Positions 51,257 through 64,000 of a DNA stretch of 64,000 bases are shown piece after piece. The notes under the pieces are model-generated. The model did no database searches. It worked only from the letters and a program-made list of their open reading frames with translations, and was not told the origin of the DNA. This stretch comes from Felis catus (lineage: Eukaryota). Made by a program: the position numbers and the translations under genes. The stretch is from positions 91,080,001-91,144,000 of the forward strand of contig NC_058368.1 in NCBI RefSeq assembly GCF_018350175.1. The letters are read 5' to 3'. Position 1 is the first letter of the stretch, and each line of letters opens with the position of its first letter.

Positions 51257-51283
51257 CTTAGTGGGCAGCAAATCCACAGCCAT
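51257..51283 (-). CDS. ZNF354C: ZNF354C start-codon exon, coding part (MAVDLLPTK); whole exon ~51257-51330
   Basis: Acceptor ttttcctctccag|ATCT at 51330. aagcATGG Kozak context. MAVDLL matches the recalled ZNF354C N-terminus. Phase-0 donor fits the KRAB-A exon; an alternative in-frame donor lies at 51251. Confidence 0.85.
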
Positions 51284-52609
51284 GCTTTCCTTCTCAGTTT
51301 TCCTGAGTGTAGACTGCTGACAAGGTAGATCTGGAGAGGAAAAGGTGTCATGAGGAACTCTGGTGTCAAGGGATGGCCTGGGGAGATGAAGTTACAACCA
51401 CCCATAATGCCCACCAGGTCCCAGCAAAGCCGCACCACATAAATGATGCAAGCCAAGCAAACGCATGCTCACCAAGCCAATACAGCTCTAAGACAATTCT
51501 CCCATCTCCATCTCCCTGTATTAACCATACTTCTAACTGCTATAAACTGATGCTTTACAGTCACCTAAGGTCTATTAGCTGTGACTAAGCAAACTGTGAT
51601 TCACCCACAGATACCTGGAGTCCTTAGTTAGCTTTAAAGTGTACACGCTGTAAAATCCACAATGAACATGAATTTCCCGGAGGCTGCCACTTTCAAATAC
51701 AGACGGCCAACCCTAAGCCCGCCTGCCCCACCCAGCCCTTTCCTTCCCGAAGAAGCCACAGTCAAGTCGCTTGCCCACATTTGCCTTGTCTTTATGCCTC
51801 ACAGGTGCCTTCCCTGAGTGGCCCTGCCTGGAGTGCTGCACTGGTCCCCAGGGAATAACACAACCTGCACACTTTCCTCCTCTCGCCCCCCTGCATCTGG
51901 ACCTACCCTACCTCACCAGAGGTAATGTGGTTAAAACACTCCCTCTTGCACAAGATGCATGCCAGACTGTTGCTTTGTCGGACCCCCTACACACAAATCT
52001 CACAGGTGCCACCTCTTACAGCATCCACAGCGGGAAACAGCCCTCTTTGTCACACACAAATCCCAACTGGGAGAGCAAGGTGAGTGTGCCTGGAGACGCC
52101 AGGCAGGTGTCAGAGAAGGACCCTGGCCACAGCTGCCTGCACTGGCTGCCTGGGTTTGCTTGCAGAGGGCTCTCCAGGGTGCAGTGCCCAGCGTGAGAGC
52201 TCAGCTAGCAGAGTATGGGGGCGGAGGGGGGGTGGGTCATCTGGGGCTGGGGCACCTCAGCCAGGGGAGGGAAGATTCTGTAGAGGTATTCACAGACTCC
52301 ATTATCTGGGGTGCTTTTCATATATTTTTAAGCCTCACAACGACTCTAAAACGTATGTATGGCTACCCCATTTCGCAGATGTGAGGGAGACTGAGAACTT
52401 AAGGAGTCACAGCGACCTGACAAAGAAACAAAAATGGTTAACAGGGGCAGGAAGGGAATCCTTGCTCCAGTCCAATTATTCAATGATTAGCTAAACGTGG
52501 CAAATTACCTGACCATTGTGCCTCAGTTCCTTCATCTGTAAAATGGGGGCAGTGTGCAGTCAACTTACTGGCTATGCATGCAGAAGCATGAAATGAGTTC
52601 ATCCATCCA

Positions 52610-53340
52610 AGCCGCTACACCACGGCCGGGCACACCTCGTTCTCGGCCAGCGCGAGCTATTGTTTGTGTTACTTCACTGAGAAGTCTCTCGGCAGACGGC
52701 CACGGGAGGCCCCCGCCCACAGCAGTCCCGGCACGCGCCAGCTCACCTGGCAGGGCGCTTCCTCTCCACGCGTCTTCCGGGCCCGCGACACCCGCAAGGC
52801 ACCGCCGCCCCCGCCGACCTCTGACCCACGGGCCGTGCGGCGTCTCCCGGTGTCCGCGCGCCACCCGGCCGGGCACCGCACTCCCCACCCAGACGGGACA
52901 GACGCTGGCTCCACCGCTGCGGGGAAGAGGCAGCCGGGAAGTCTCCGCTCCTGGCACACCGCCCCAGCGTAACGGAGATCACCCGCGCCTCTAGCCCCAG
53001 AAAGGCCGGGACCAGTCCCGCAACCCCGCGAACCCTAGAACTACTACTCCCGACATGCCTCCGCCCCGCGCGGACTACAGCTCCCAGAAGGCGGCTGGGC
53101 GACCCCCGGGAGGGGCACGTTCCCTCTCCCCGCGCGAGCCCCCGGGACCCGCTGTCCGAGGGGTCTGCAACGCGGGGGCGCGGGCACCTGATGGATAGGG
53201 CGGTCCCCTCGCAGTGCCCGCTGCCTAAATCCGCCCCTAGGCTTGTTTTGTCAGACCAGCAAGGTGATTTGAAAAACAAACCCTGAATTTAAGCGCCTTT
53301 AGGAGGCTCTGCGCGCCACAGCTCCCCCTCCACCGGCTAG
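52610..53340. promoter_or_regulatory. CpG island / ZNF354C promoter with GC box and two ZNF143(SBS)-type motifs
   Basis: Very high CpG density against CpG-poor flanks. ACTACTACTCCCGACATGC (53040-53058) and ACTACAGCTCCCAGAAGGC (53074-53092) flank CCGCCCC. ETS-like GGGAAGT near 52936. Confidence 0.85.
52747..52960 (-). other. ZNF354C: Probable non-coding first exon of ZNF354C (TSS approximate)
   Basis: CCAG|gtgagc donor on the minus strand at 52747/52746, inside the CpG island. Confidence 0.55.
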
Positions 53341-53403
53341 CTATGATTATTTTTATTTTAATACGTAGCACACCCCGAGGATAATGTATGCATAGGTACT
53401 GTT

Positions 53404-53490
53404 TGAGGAGGGCGCTTGTGGGGATGAGCACTGGGTGTGTATATAAGCCAATCTGACAATAAATTATATTCATTAAAAAAAAAAAAAAAA
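53404..53490 (+). mobile_element. Very short felid L1 3'-end insertion
   Basis: gaggagggcgcttgtggggatgagcactgggtgtgtatataagccaatctgacaataaatt followed by an A tail, typical of the cat L1 3' terminus as recalled. Confidence 0.7.
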
Positions 53491-53729
53491 TGAAACCAAT
53501 ACCCACATACCCAACACTCTGCTTGAAAAGAGATTTGACCAGAATTTTTGAAGCCTGGTCCACAATGCTCCCCTGTCGCTTATCTAAATTGTGTTAAGCA
53601 TTTCACTCTCTTACCTTGATGCGTACTCCACATGTATGTGTCCCACAATAATAAGTGTTTATTTTTGGAAGGTTTTGACGTTTATATAAATGGAGTCTGC
53701 TGTATGTTCTCCTATGAATTATATGCTCA

Positions 53730-54303
53730 ACATGAACACTGCATTAAAAAAAAAAAAAAATCAACCGGGGTGCCATTTGGTTAAGTCATCAACCAAGTCA
53801 GTTGGTTAAGCGGCTGACTTCAGCTCAGGTCATGATCTCCCCATTCAGGAGTTCAAGCACTGGAGCCTGCTTCAGATTCTGTGTCTCCCTCTCTCTCTGC
53901 CCTTCCCCTGCTCACTCTGTCTCTCTCAAACATAAATAAATATTTAAAAAAAAATTTTAAACAACTGAGTAGATTTTAAAGATTTTACTGGCTTTATTCA
54001 ATGATTCATGAACCAGGTAGCATCCTGTCTAGCAGGAGCTCCAAGAAGCAGTACTAAATGAAAGACTTTTATAGGCAGGAAGGAGAAAGAACAAGGAAGT
54101 TAGACAAAAATTGGATTGGTTATTGCAAGGTTATTTTCCCTACAGAAGATGGCAGGGGTTTATCAGGCAGATTACCTAATGATGGCTGGTTCTTGATTGG
54201 CTGGTTTAAGATTCCAAGATTCCAAGCAAAGAGATGTGTAGGCAGGATAGTGTTGGAATATAGGAGCCTGAGGGGGTAATTACATCTGGGTCTTTCCATC
54301 ACA
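53730..54303 (-). mobile_element. Probable solo LTR (ERV-type) interrupted by a CAN-SINE (~53766-53960)
   Basis: Minus-strand CCAAT boxes (gattggattgg, gattggc), TATA (ttttata) and AATAAA (tttatt) occur in LTR order; TG..CA-like termini. Confidence 0.45.
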
Positions 54304-54819
54304 ACCTTATAAAGTTATGGAGTTGAGTCGTGAAAACCTACATTTTTTTTATTGTATATAATTTGCTTAAAAGAAATTGAAATATTGCTAGCTTGTCTTC
54401 TTTTGCCCATATCTTTATACTGAAAGAAATCACAAAGCAGCTGCCGATCAAAGCAGCTTTTAGACCTAATGCCACAGGCATACAAGGGTTTGCTCTGTTT
54501 TAGGCACAATGCACTTCTTGGATATGGCACACGGTAGGCACTTAGACATAGAAATAAAAATGGGGTAGAAATAATGTATGGTTGTTTGGTAACCAAGTGT
54601 TTCTTCAGGTAGGTGAGGTAATGATGGTGGTATAAATCTAAAACTCCCATCATATTCTTAAATATATATATATATATATACAAAGGATATGGAAGAGAAA
54701 AGAAAAAAGGCAGTAGTGTTCCTAAAATGGATATAAAATCACCACCAGAAAGAGTAAGTGTGTCTATGTGTGAAAATATGCAAAACTGTACAGGTATATA
54801 AGAGAACTGAATATGCATG

Positions 54820-55770
54820 CAGGATATACAAACAATTCCTGTAGCTCAACCACAGAACAGCCCATTCCAAAAGTGGGCAAAGGATTTGAACAGATATTTC
54901 TTAAAAGGGGGGGGCATATAAAATGGCCAACAAGCCCATAAAAGAGATGTTCAACATCACTAGTCATCAGGGAACTACAAATCATGACTATAATGAGATA
55001 CCCACTTCACAGCTGTTAGTGTGGTCATTATGGGCGGGCGGGGGGGGGGGGTGGGAAGAAAACTGAAAAATAACAAGGGTTGGCAAAGACATAGAACCAC
55101 CCACGTTGGAACCGGAACCTTCATACATTGCTGATGGCAATGTAAGATGATGCAGACACTGGAAAGAGTCGGGGGCAGGTCTTATGAAGTTACATATCCA
55201 CTCCTCATAGGACTATGTAATCCCACTTAGGTATTTACCCAAGAGAAATGTTCACACAAACATATGTATACAAACGTTCACAGCAACATTGTTCATGATC
55301 GCCAAAATGTGCAAACGATACAAATGTCCAACAACAGAGGAATGGGTAAGTAAAACGTGGTGCATACTTACAATGGAAGATTACCTCAGCCTTAAAGAGG
55401 AACGAAGTTCTGACACATACTCTGATATGGATGAACCTTGAAGACGTTATGCCAAATGAAAGAAGCCAGACACACAAGGACGAATATTATTCAATTCCAC
55501 TTATATCAGGAATCTAAAATAGGCAAATTCCCAGAGGCAGCAAGTGGAATAAGAGGTCACCAGGGGGCTAGCAGCAGGGGAAATGGGGGAGTTACTGCTT
55601 AATGGGTGCAGAGCTTCTGTTTGAGATGATAAAAAAAGTTTCTGGAAAATTGATTGGTGCTGGTTACAAAACATTGTGAATATACTCAATGCCACTAAAT
55701 TGTAAACTTAAAAATGGTTATAATGGTAAATTTTATGTTATGTACATTTTACTGCAATTTTTTTAAAAGT
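54820..55770 (+). mobile_element. Old L1M (L1MB-like) 3' portion
   Basis: aaagtgggcaaaggatttgaacagatatttc ... gccactaaattgtaaacttaaaaatggttataatggtaaattttatgttatgtac. Confidence 0.8.
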
Positions 55771-56718
55771 ACATGCAGGAGGTGAGGAGACATCCTTGTG
55801 AAGGCAATGATGAAGGCACAACACAGTTAACAGAAAGACAGAGATGTGGAAGCCACATGTCAAGGGGGAAAGTAGCAAGAGGAGGAAATATAAGATCGTG
55901 CAAGAGAAAAGAGAAAATCCCCCCAAATGCTTTTGACCCCACAATTCCTCCTCTAACCCCCAAGTCGTCTAGTCAAGAAATCATATTTTGCTACATAGAC
56001 TGAAGTAGGTATACTTGACTTACCAATCTTAGATGCAGTCACGAGCCTGTGACAGAAAGGACACAGAAATGAGTTTGCGGAGGCTCTTGAGGTCAAGTCT
56101 GGGACAATTTCTCCATCGACGTACATAACAATATTAGCAGATTACAGTCCATTAAGTAAAATAAGAAACCATGCTTCCGGTCATAAAAACAGAAGACAGA
56201 ACACTTCCCCAAAGTGGAAAGCCAATGAGTAAATGCAGAAGAAATGATGGACTGATGAGATCTCCTTGGGAAAACCACTGTAATAACAAGGCGAGTGTCA
56301 TCAATAGATGCTAAAACCAGCAGCAGTGAGGTGTGACTAGTACAGACATACACGCGCACACTCAGAGGGTCTCCTCTCAAGGCACTACTGACTGCCAAGA
56401 GAAAAACAGTGACTTCACAGTGGGTGATCAGGCAGACACCCCCTTAACCAAGATAAAGCTAAAATTACCAACATCATAAGGCTCCTAATGTGATAACATG
56501 ATGAACTGAGAATGTTGCTTTGGTGGTTTTCTTACCAAAGAAGCACAGCATAAATCTGACCACGTGGGAAATATTGGACAAAGCCAATGGAGGGGCAGTC
56601 TAGGGAAAAAAAGGTCTATTCATTTCACAGACGTCTTCAAAGAGAAAACATGTTTGATAATGCAATAGCCAACGAGAGCCCAATGCGCCCGAAAAGGTGG
56701 ACATTTTAAATAATTGCT

Positions 56719-56940
56719 ATGGGGGCGCCTGGGTGGCGCAGTCGGTTAAGCGTCCGACTTCAGCCAGGTCACGATCTCATGGTCCGTGAGTTCGAGCCCC
56801 GCATCAGGCTCTGGGCTGATGGCTCAGAGCCTGGAGCCTGTTTCCGATTCTGTGTCTCCCTCTCTCTCTGCCCCTCCCCCGTTCATGCTCTGGCTCTCTC
56901 TGTCCCAAAAATAAATAAATGTTAAAAAAAAAAAATAATA
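56719..56940 (+). mobile_element. Young cat-type CAN-SINE
   Basis: ggggcgcctgggtggcgcagtcggttaagcgtccgacttcagccaggtcacgatctc..., with many intact CpGs. Confidence 0.95.
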
Positions 56941-57340
56941 ATTACTATGAATACTAGAAATTCAATGTATCGGGCATGTCAATCATATTATAAAAGCTTA
57001 AGTATATTCTGCTTTTTCAGCTTGCTTTGAAAATGGCCTATTAGGACGTTATAAAAATAGACATTTTTCTCTTTTGCCTAGACTCTGAAGTCTCTTTAAA
57101 GAGAAACCCCTTCAAAGAAAATATGTTGACAACTTAACGATCATTCTTTCTTTGCCTAGTTCTCTTATAATGCACATTTTTTTTTTTTTTTTTGGTTTAG
57201 TGTTTCCTTACTCAAGATAGGAACCAATATTCTCTTCCTCTGGTGACCTAAGGAGATGAATAAGGGAAAGTGTAGACAGGAAAGAGAGGTGTTGATAGTT
57301 TTGTTAAGGAGACATATTTAAATTTAACAGTGGCCTGAAG

Positions 57341-57530
57341 AGGGGCACCTGGGTAGCCCAGTCAATTAAATGTCTGACTCTTGGTTTCGGTTCAGGTCAT
57401 GATCTCATGGTTTGTGGGTTTGAGCCCTGTATCAGGCTCTGCACTGCTTGGAATTCTCTCTCTCTCCCTCTCTCTCTGCCTCTCTCCTGCTCTGTCTCTC
57501 TCTCAAAAATAATTAAATAAACTTTAAAAA
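57341..57530 (+). mobile_element. CAN-SINE
   Basis: SINEC consensus. TSD cagtggcctgaaga. Confidence 0.9.
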
Positions 57531-57864
57531 CAAAGAGTCAGTGGCCTGAAGAATGTTATGACCTTGGGATGGCCCTTGGATGCAACCTCATAAACTTGAT
57601 GTTCACTTCACCTAGGGTGATCAGGCAGTAAGATGGGTTTTATCCTACCTCAAATCACCCACTCTAGAGCTGAGCAAAAAAAAAAAAAAAGAAAAATTCT
57701 ATTTAATTATTTTTACTGATAAACACACTGGCCTTCTTACTGATCCTCATTCTGGCTGACCTGAAAACCTCTTTCTGAAAAGGAAGGCTCTCTCAGGCAT
57801 CAAGCAAACTGAGGAACCCCATGCTCCTTCCCAAATCACTTCCTTGCCTGACTTTTATGTTCAT

Positions 57865-58349
57865 GTGGTAACTAGTCTCCAAATCTGGTCCCCCCAATGA
57901 ACCATGACCCTGGTATTCACACTCTTGTATCATCTTCTCCCCTTGAATCTGGGCCACATCTATAAATCGTTTTTCACCAAGAATATAGAATTAATGTATT
58001 AATCTCATGTGACTTCCAAAGTCGAGTTCTAAGATTTGCAACTTCTATATAGGTCTCTTAGACTGCTGGCTCTCAGGACATTGCCTCTCAGAAACCAGCC
58101 ACTCCTCTGTGCAAAATCCAATAGGGCTCTCAAGCAGCAGTCATCACCGACTGCCGGCCACCCTGGACACCAAGCTCAAGTTGAGCTTCAATGCCAGCTG
58201 CCATTGGACTGCAAATGCATTAGAGACGCCAAGTAAGAATTGCCCAACTGAACCCAAATATGGAACCGACAGGTAGGTGTTGATACAACTCTTGCTTTAA
58301 GCCACTCAACTTTGGGATGAGTTGTTACACAGCAATGGAGAGCTAGAAT
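57865..58349 (+). mobile_element. MLT1 (ERVL-MaLR) solo LTR, old subfamily
   Basis: tgtggtaac...ccccttgaatctgggc...tttaagccactcaactttgggatgagttgttacacagcaatggagagctagaata. Confidence 0.7.
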
Positions 58350-58871
58350 ATCTTGTCATTTGGTCACTTGCTATTTTTGTTTAGTATCTTCCCCACATGT
58401 ATAAATCACTTAAACTAAATTTAATTTTGCAGAACATGCTATTAGGCTGTATGTTGTTTCCTACGTCTTTTGAAAAGTCTTCAGGCTTTTACATTCATCT
58501 GTGTTTTGTTTACAGCTTTGGTTCATTAGTTTCCACTGCTGCTCTACATAGTTAATATTCCAAAATAACCCATTTTCCTATCACCAGATACTTCCAAACA
58601 GTAGCTACTATGATCAGCACTGCTAAGAATATCTTTATACATGTCTCTTACTGCTCATATGCAAACATTTGTCTATTATATATACGTAGGAGTGGAACTT
58701 CGTGTTTCATGACATACACAAATTCAAATTCACTTTATAGGATGCTAATGGTCTGTATCAGTTTACACTCTCACTAGTCAAGTATGCATTCCAGTTATTT
58801 CACATACATTCTAAAATTCCATAATGTCACACATCTTCACTTTTACTCATCTTTAAAAAATCATTAAACCT

Positions 58872-60025
58872 GGGGGGCCTGTTTGGCTCAGTCAGTGGAG
58901 TGTGCAACTCTTGACAGCAGGTTTGTGAGTTCAAGTCCTACACTGGGTTTAGAGCCTACCAAAAAAATAAAAAATAAATAAGGTCTATTTTAAAAAGTCA
59001 CAAAATCTCATAAAATCATTATCTGTGATCCTGAAAGCATCTTTTCATGTTTTTAGAAATTTGCATTTCCTCTTCTGTGAAATACAGTCATGTATTCAAT
59101 TTATTTCTCTACCAGGTTGTCTTTTTTTAAGTTGATTTGTATACATTATTTACATTTTCCAGATGATAAGCATTTGTTGAAAATTCTATGGAGGGGCACC
59201 TGGGTTGCTCAGTCAGTGAGCATCTGAATTCGGTTCAGGTCATGATCTCACATTTCATTGGTTCAAGCCCCGCATCAGGCTCTGTGCTGACAGCTTTGGA
59301 TTCTGGGTCTCCATCTTTCTCTGCCCCTCCCCTGCTCTTTCTGTCTCAAAAATAAATAAAACATTAAAAAAATTTTTTTTTAAATACCATGGCAAGATGT
59401 TTTATGTCTTGACTTTTCATTTCCTTTTTGGTATATTTTGATAACAAGATGTTTTTCATTTTAATGTGAGCAAATATATACAAAGATTTCATAGCTTATT
59501 TGTATCCTGTTTAAAAACTCCTTCCCGGGGCACCTGGGTGGCTTAGTTGGTTAAGCGTCCTACTTCGGCTCAGGTCATGATCTCACAGTTCATGAGTTTG
59601 AGCACATCGGGCTCTCAGCTCTTTAGCAGAGCCCACTTCAGATCTTCTGTCCCCCTTTCTCTCTGTCGCATGCACACTCTCTCCCTCTCAAAAATAAACA
59701 AACATTAAAAAAAAACCCTTGGGGTACCTGGGTGGCTCATTAGGTTAACTGTCCAACTCTTAGCTCAGGTTATCTCATAGTTTGTGAGTTTGAAACCTAT
59801 GTCAGGCTCTGTGCTGGTGGTGCAGAGGCTGCTTGGATTCTCCCTCTCCCTCAAAAATAAACAATCATTAAAAAAAAAAAAATCCTACCTACTGGAGTGC
59901 TTGGGTGGCTCAGTCAGCTAAGAGTCTGACTTTAATCTCAGCTCAGGTCTTGATCTCAGGGTTGTGAGTTCAAGCTCCACATTGGGCTCCACACTGGGCA
60001 TGAAGCCTACTTAAAAAAAAAAAAA
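58872..60025 (+). mobile_element. Five same-strand CAN-SINEs (~58872-58982, ~59193-59385, ~59527-59715, ~59720-59882, ~59894-60025)
   Basis: SINEC heads and tails. The last three share an aaaa(c)tcct(t/a)cc target repeat. Confidence 0.85.
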
Positions 60026-60767
60026 TCCTTCCCTATCTTGAAGTCATAAAGTTATGCCTACATCTTCTTCCAAAAGATACATAATTTTGCCTCTCACAGA
60101 ATTCTTTTTGTGGTGAGGGTAGGCATCTAATTTTTCTTCTATGTGGATGAACTGTTTTTCTCAGAGCCATTATTGCATAATTTGTTCTTTATACTCCTGT
60201 CATAACTACTTCTAACATTTTACCATTTTTGCCAGCAGGTTTTTGGTAAATACCCTTTTACCAGGCTAAGTAAGCTCTCTCCACTGCTTGGCTAAGAGTT
60301 TTTACAATGAATGGGTGCTGAGTATTTCCACTGCTTTGGCTGCATTTATTGAGATGAACACACGGATTCTGCACCTTTAATCTGTCCAGGTGGTACACAG
60401 TACCTCGAAGTTTCCTAATGCTATATAATCTATCTGTTCCTGTGAAAAATCTCTATCATGATGCATTCACTATGTTTAGGTACTTCTGGATTACATTTTC
60501 TAATACTTTGTTTAGGATTCATGGGTGATATAGGCCTGCAAGTTTTCTTTCTTGCACTTTCCCTGTCAGGTTCTGGTACTGGGTTACTAGAATCACTGTG
60601 TTGGCACGTGATCTCCTCTGGAACATCCTGCACAAGACTCAAATGATCTGTTACTTCATGTTTGATAGACCTCAACTTAAAAGTAACAGGGCCTGGTATT
60701 TTCTTTGTGTAACTTTGTTCAGATTTATCTTGGGGGATTATTTTTAGGACTATTGTTACTTGGTGAA

Positions 60768-61121
60768 TGCGATGGTCTAAATGTTTGTGCCCCTTCAGAA
60801 TTCATGTTGACATCCTAACCGCAAAGGTGACAGCATTAGGAGACGGGGCCTTTGGGAGGTGACTGTCATGTGAGTGGAGCCTCATGAATGCAACTGGTGC
60901 CCTTAGAAGAGGCCTCAGAGAGCTCCCTCACCCCTTCCGCCATGTGAGGACACAAGAAGGCGACAGCTACGAATCAGGAAGAGGGTCCTCACCAGAACAC
61001 AACCACGCTGGTGCCTTATCTTGGACTTCCCAGCCTCCAGAACTGTGGGAAATAAGTTTCAGTTGTTTAGAAGCCACCTGGCCTGTGGTATTTTGTTATA
61101 GCAACCTAAAGAGACTAAGAC
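60768..61121 (+). mobile_element. MLT1A-type MaLR solo LTR
   Basis: tgcgatggtctaaatgtttgtgcccc ... ggacttcccagcctccagaactgtg ... gactaagaca. TG..CA ends; gtgaa/gggaa flanks. Confidence 0.88.
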
Positions 61122-62609
61122 AGGGAAGTTATATTTTCCTAGAAATTTTCCCAGAAATCAGAGAATGTAAAATAGTTGTAGGCAAAGGGGCACTGCAGTG
61201 AAGGGTTAAATGACCCAGAAAAGTCTGCTCCTCCTAAGTCTGAAAAAATAAGACTGATTAGTCAGTCCCAGGAAGCACAAGTTGAATTCAAGGTTTGCTT
61301 TAGCTCAGTCTCCAGCCCCAATAGCCTTTCCTGAGGTGTTATTTTTTTTTTTTTTAACTCTTCGACAAAGAGAAAGAAACTTGTCCTTACTTGTCTCTTT
61401 TTTTTTTTTCTTTCTTTCTTTCTTTTAAACAAAATAGGTGTTTCAGTCCTTAGGTGCTTGCCAACTCCTGATAACACCGGGCAAAACTAGACAATGTTGC
61501 TTCGGTAAAGTTCAACAATTTTAGCTCCACTTGGGAGATTACTTTTTATGTTGTTGGAATTATTACTCACATTTTAGAAATGCTGAAACATGCTAACTTG
61601 TTGAAAGGCATTAAAGGTCCATTTACTGAACTTAGAGCCTGAAATTTTGTCTAGTGGCCCTCGAAGTGTGGGAGGGAGTCAAAATTACCTGGTTCATTTT
61701 ACCTCCAGGTGGGATGGACAGTGACCCACACTGTGACAGGGCCTTCCTGGTGGATGGTGACCAAGAGCTCTATGAAGCAGGCACAGCCTGGGAGCCCAGA
61801 GTCATGTTCCTATGGCTACATTTTCAGATAACTGTTAACATTTATCAGTAGATTAACTTGCAAAAGCAGTAGTTGTCTGAATAACCTTTAATTCAGGTAA
61901 TCACTTTCGGATAAAACCAAGTGAAATACCATGCATTTTGTGATTTAAAATAAAATGATTTTAGATCTGCTTCAGAGTTTGGAACAAACAGGGAGAAAAC
62001 TCACAGGACTGTGTGCCCGCAGAGTTTACAGAGTGATTTGCTTTTCAGGTAAATGGCCTGGAAAGCAGAAAAGAAACAACACAAAAGTTTCCACAACGAC
62101 CAAGTACAGAATTTTCTTTGAAACTATTAAAAAACACATTTTAGCAACAATGAGGTAGTACAGGTCACCTGCTTACATTTCTTCCCCAAAACATTCTTCT
62201 GAGCATAACTGGCTTCCATAACACTTAAATGCAGTTTCAAAAAAATAGATTCCTCCATTAATCTAAAGTCTGGATTTTATGGCTGCACTTCAACATAAAT
62301 CAACATGCTTCCCTGTGACCCTTGCGAAAGCTGGGGGGGCTCTCGTCACAATATCCCCAGGAAGAAGAGAAAAGAACTTTACAAACTCTCTACTTGAAAA
62401 GCTATGGGGGGGGGGGGGGGATAACATTTTATAGAGGCTTTCCTAATATACCTAAGGTTACCTGCATCATGAAGTCTCGTTTGAGGAGGTCTAAATTCTG
62501 AAGTTTAACTCACAATCAACTACCCTTCATCACTTTCTGCCCAGGATGAAGTTTTTGAAATTTAGCATGAAATGAACTTCAGTTGGAAGATTTTCCACAT
62601 GCGTTTTAT

Positions 62610-64000
<1,391 letters not shown>

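Noticed and set aside
52554..53279. Overlapping 100-180 aa ORFs in the CpG island
   Set aside because: GC-driven open frames in the promoter and non-coding first exon; no recognisable domain.
54315..54818. 167-aa minus-strand ORF upstream of the ZNF354C promoter
   Set aside because: Runs through a (TA)n tract among repeat remnants. No recognisable homology or convincing splice structure.

Overview
Mammalian genomic DNA, almost certainly a felid (dense carnivore CAN-SINE/SINEC copies including young cat-type copies, plus carnivore L1 3' ends). The window holds three genes. (1) The last six coding exons and ~3 kb 3'UTR of ADAMTS2 (procollagen I N-proteinase) on the + strand, in GC-rich sequence (1-~18 kb). 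(2) A complete KRAB-C2H2 zinc-finger gene matching ZNF354C on the - strand: CpG-island promoter at ~52.7-53.3 kb, ATG exon, KRAB-A exon, KRAB-B exon and an 11-finger exon. (3) The 13-finger last exon of ZNF879 on the - strand, running off the right edge. This order matches the human 5q35.3 arrangement as I recall it. Between ADAMTS2 and ZNF354C lies a repeat-dense region (~18.9-33.6 kb) of nested L1s, SINEs and a decayed hAT/Charlie (Cheshire-like) transposase. I see no evidence for a wholly new multi-gene system. The most interesting signals are: a candidate alternative ADAMTS2 3' end in the last intron (strong acceptor, in-frame stop after 4 codons, UTR-like sequence, twin AATAAA) that would give a PLAC-less protease; a tailless U5 snRNA retrocopy with a clean target-site duplication inside an L1; a tailless internal L1 fragment with a TSD inside the fossil transposase; and a four-SINE nest carrying an orphan spacer. 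Gene and repeat-family names come from recalled protein and consensus sequences, not database searches. Repeat boundaries are approximate.
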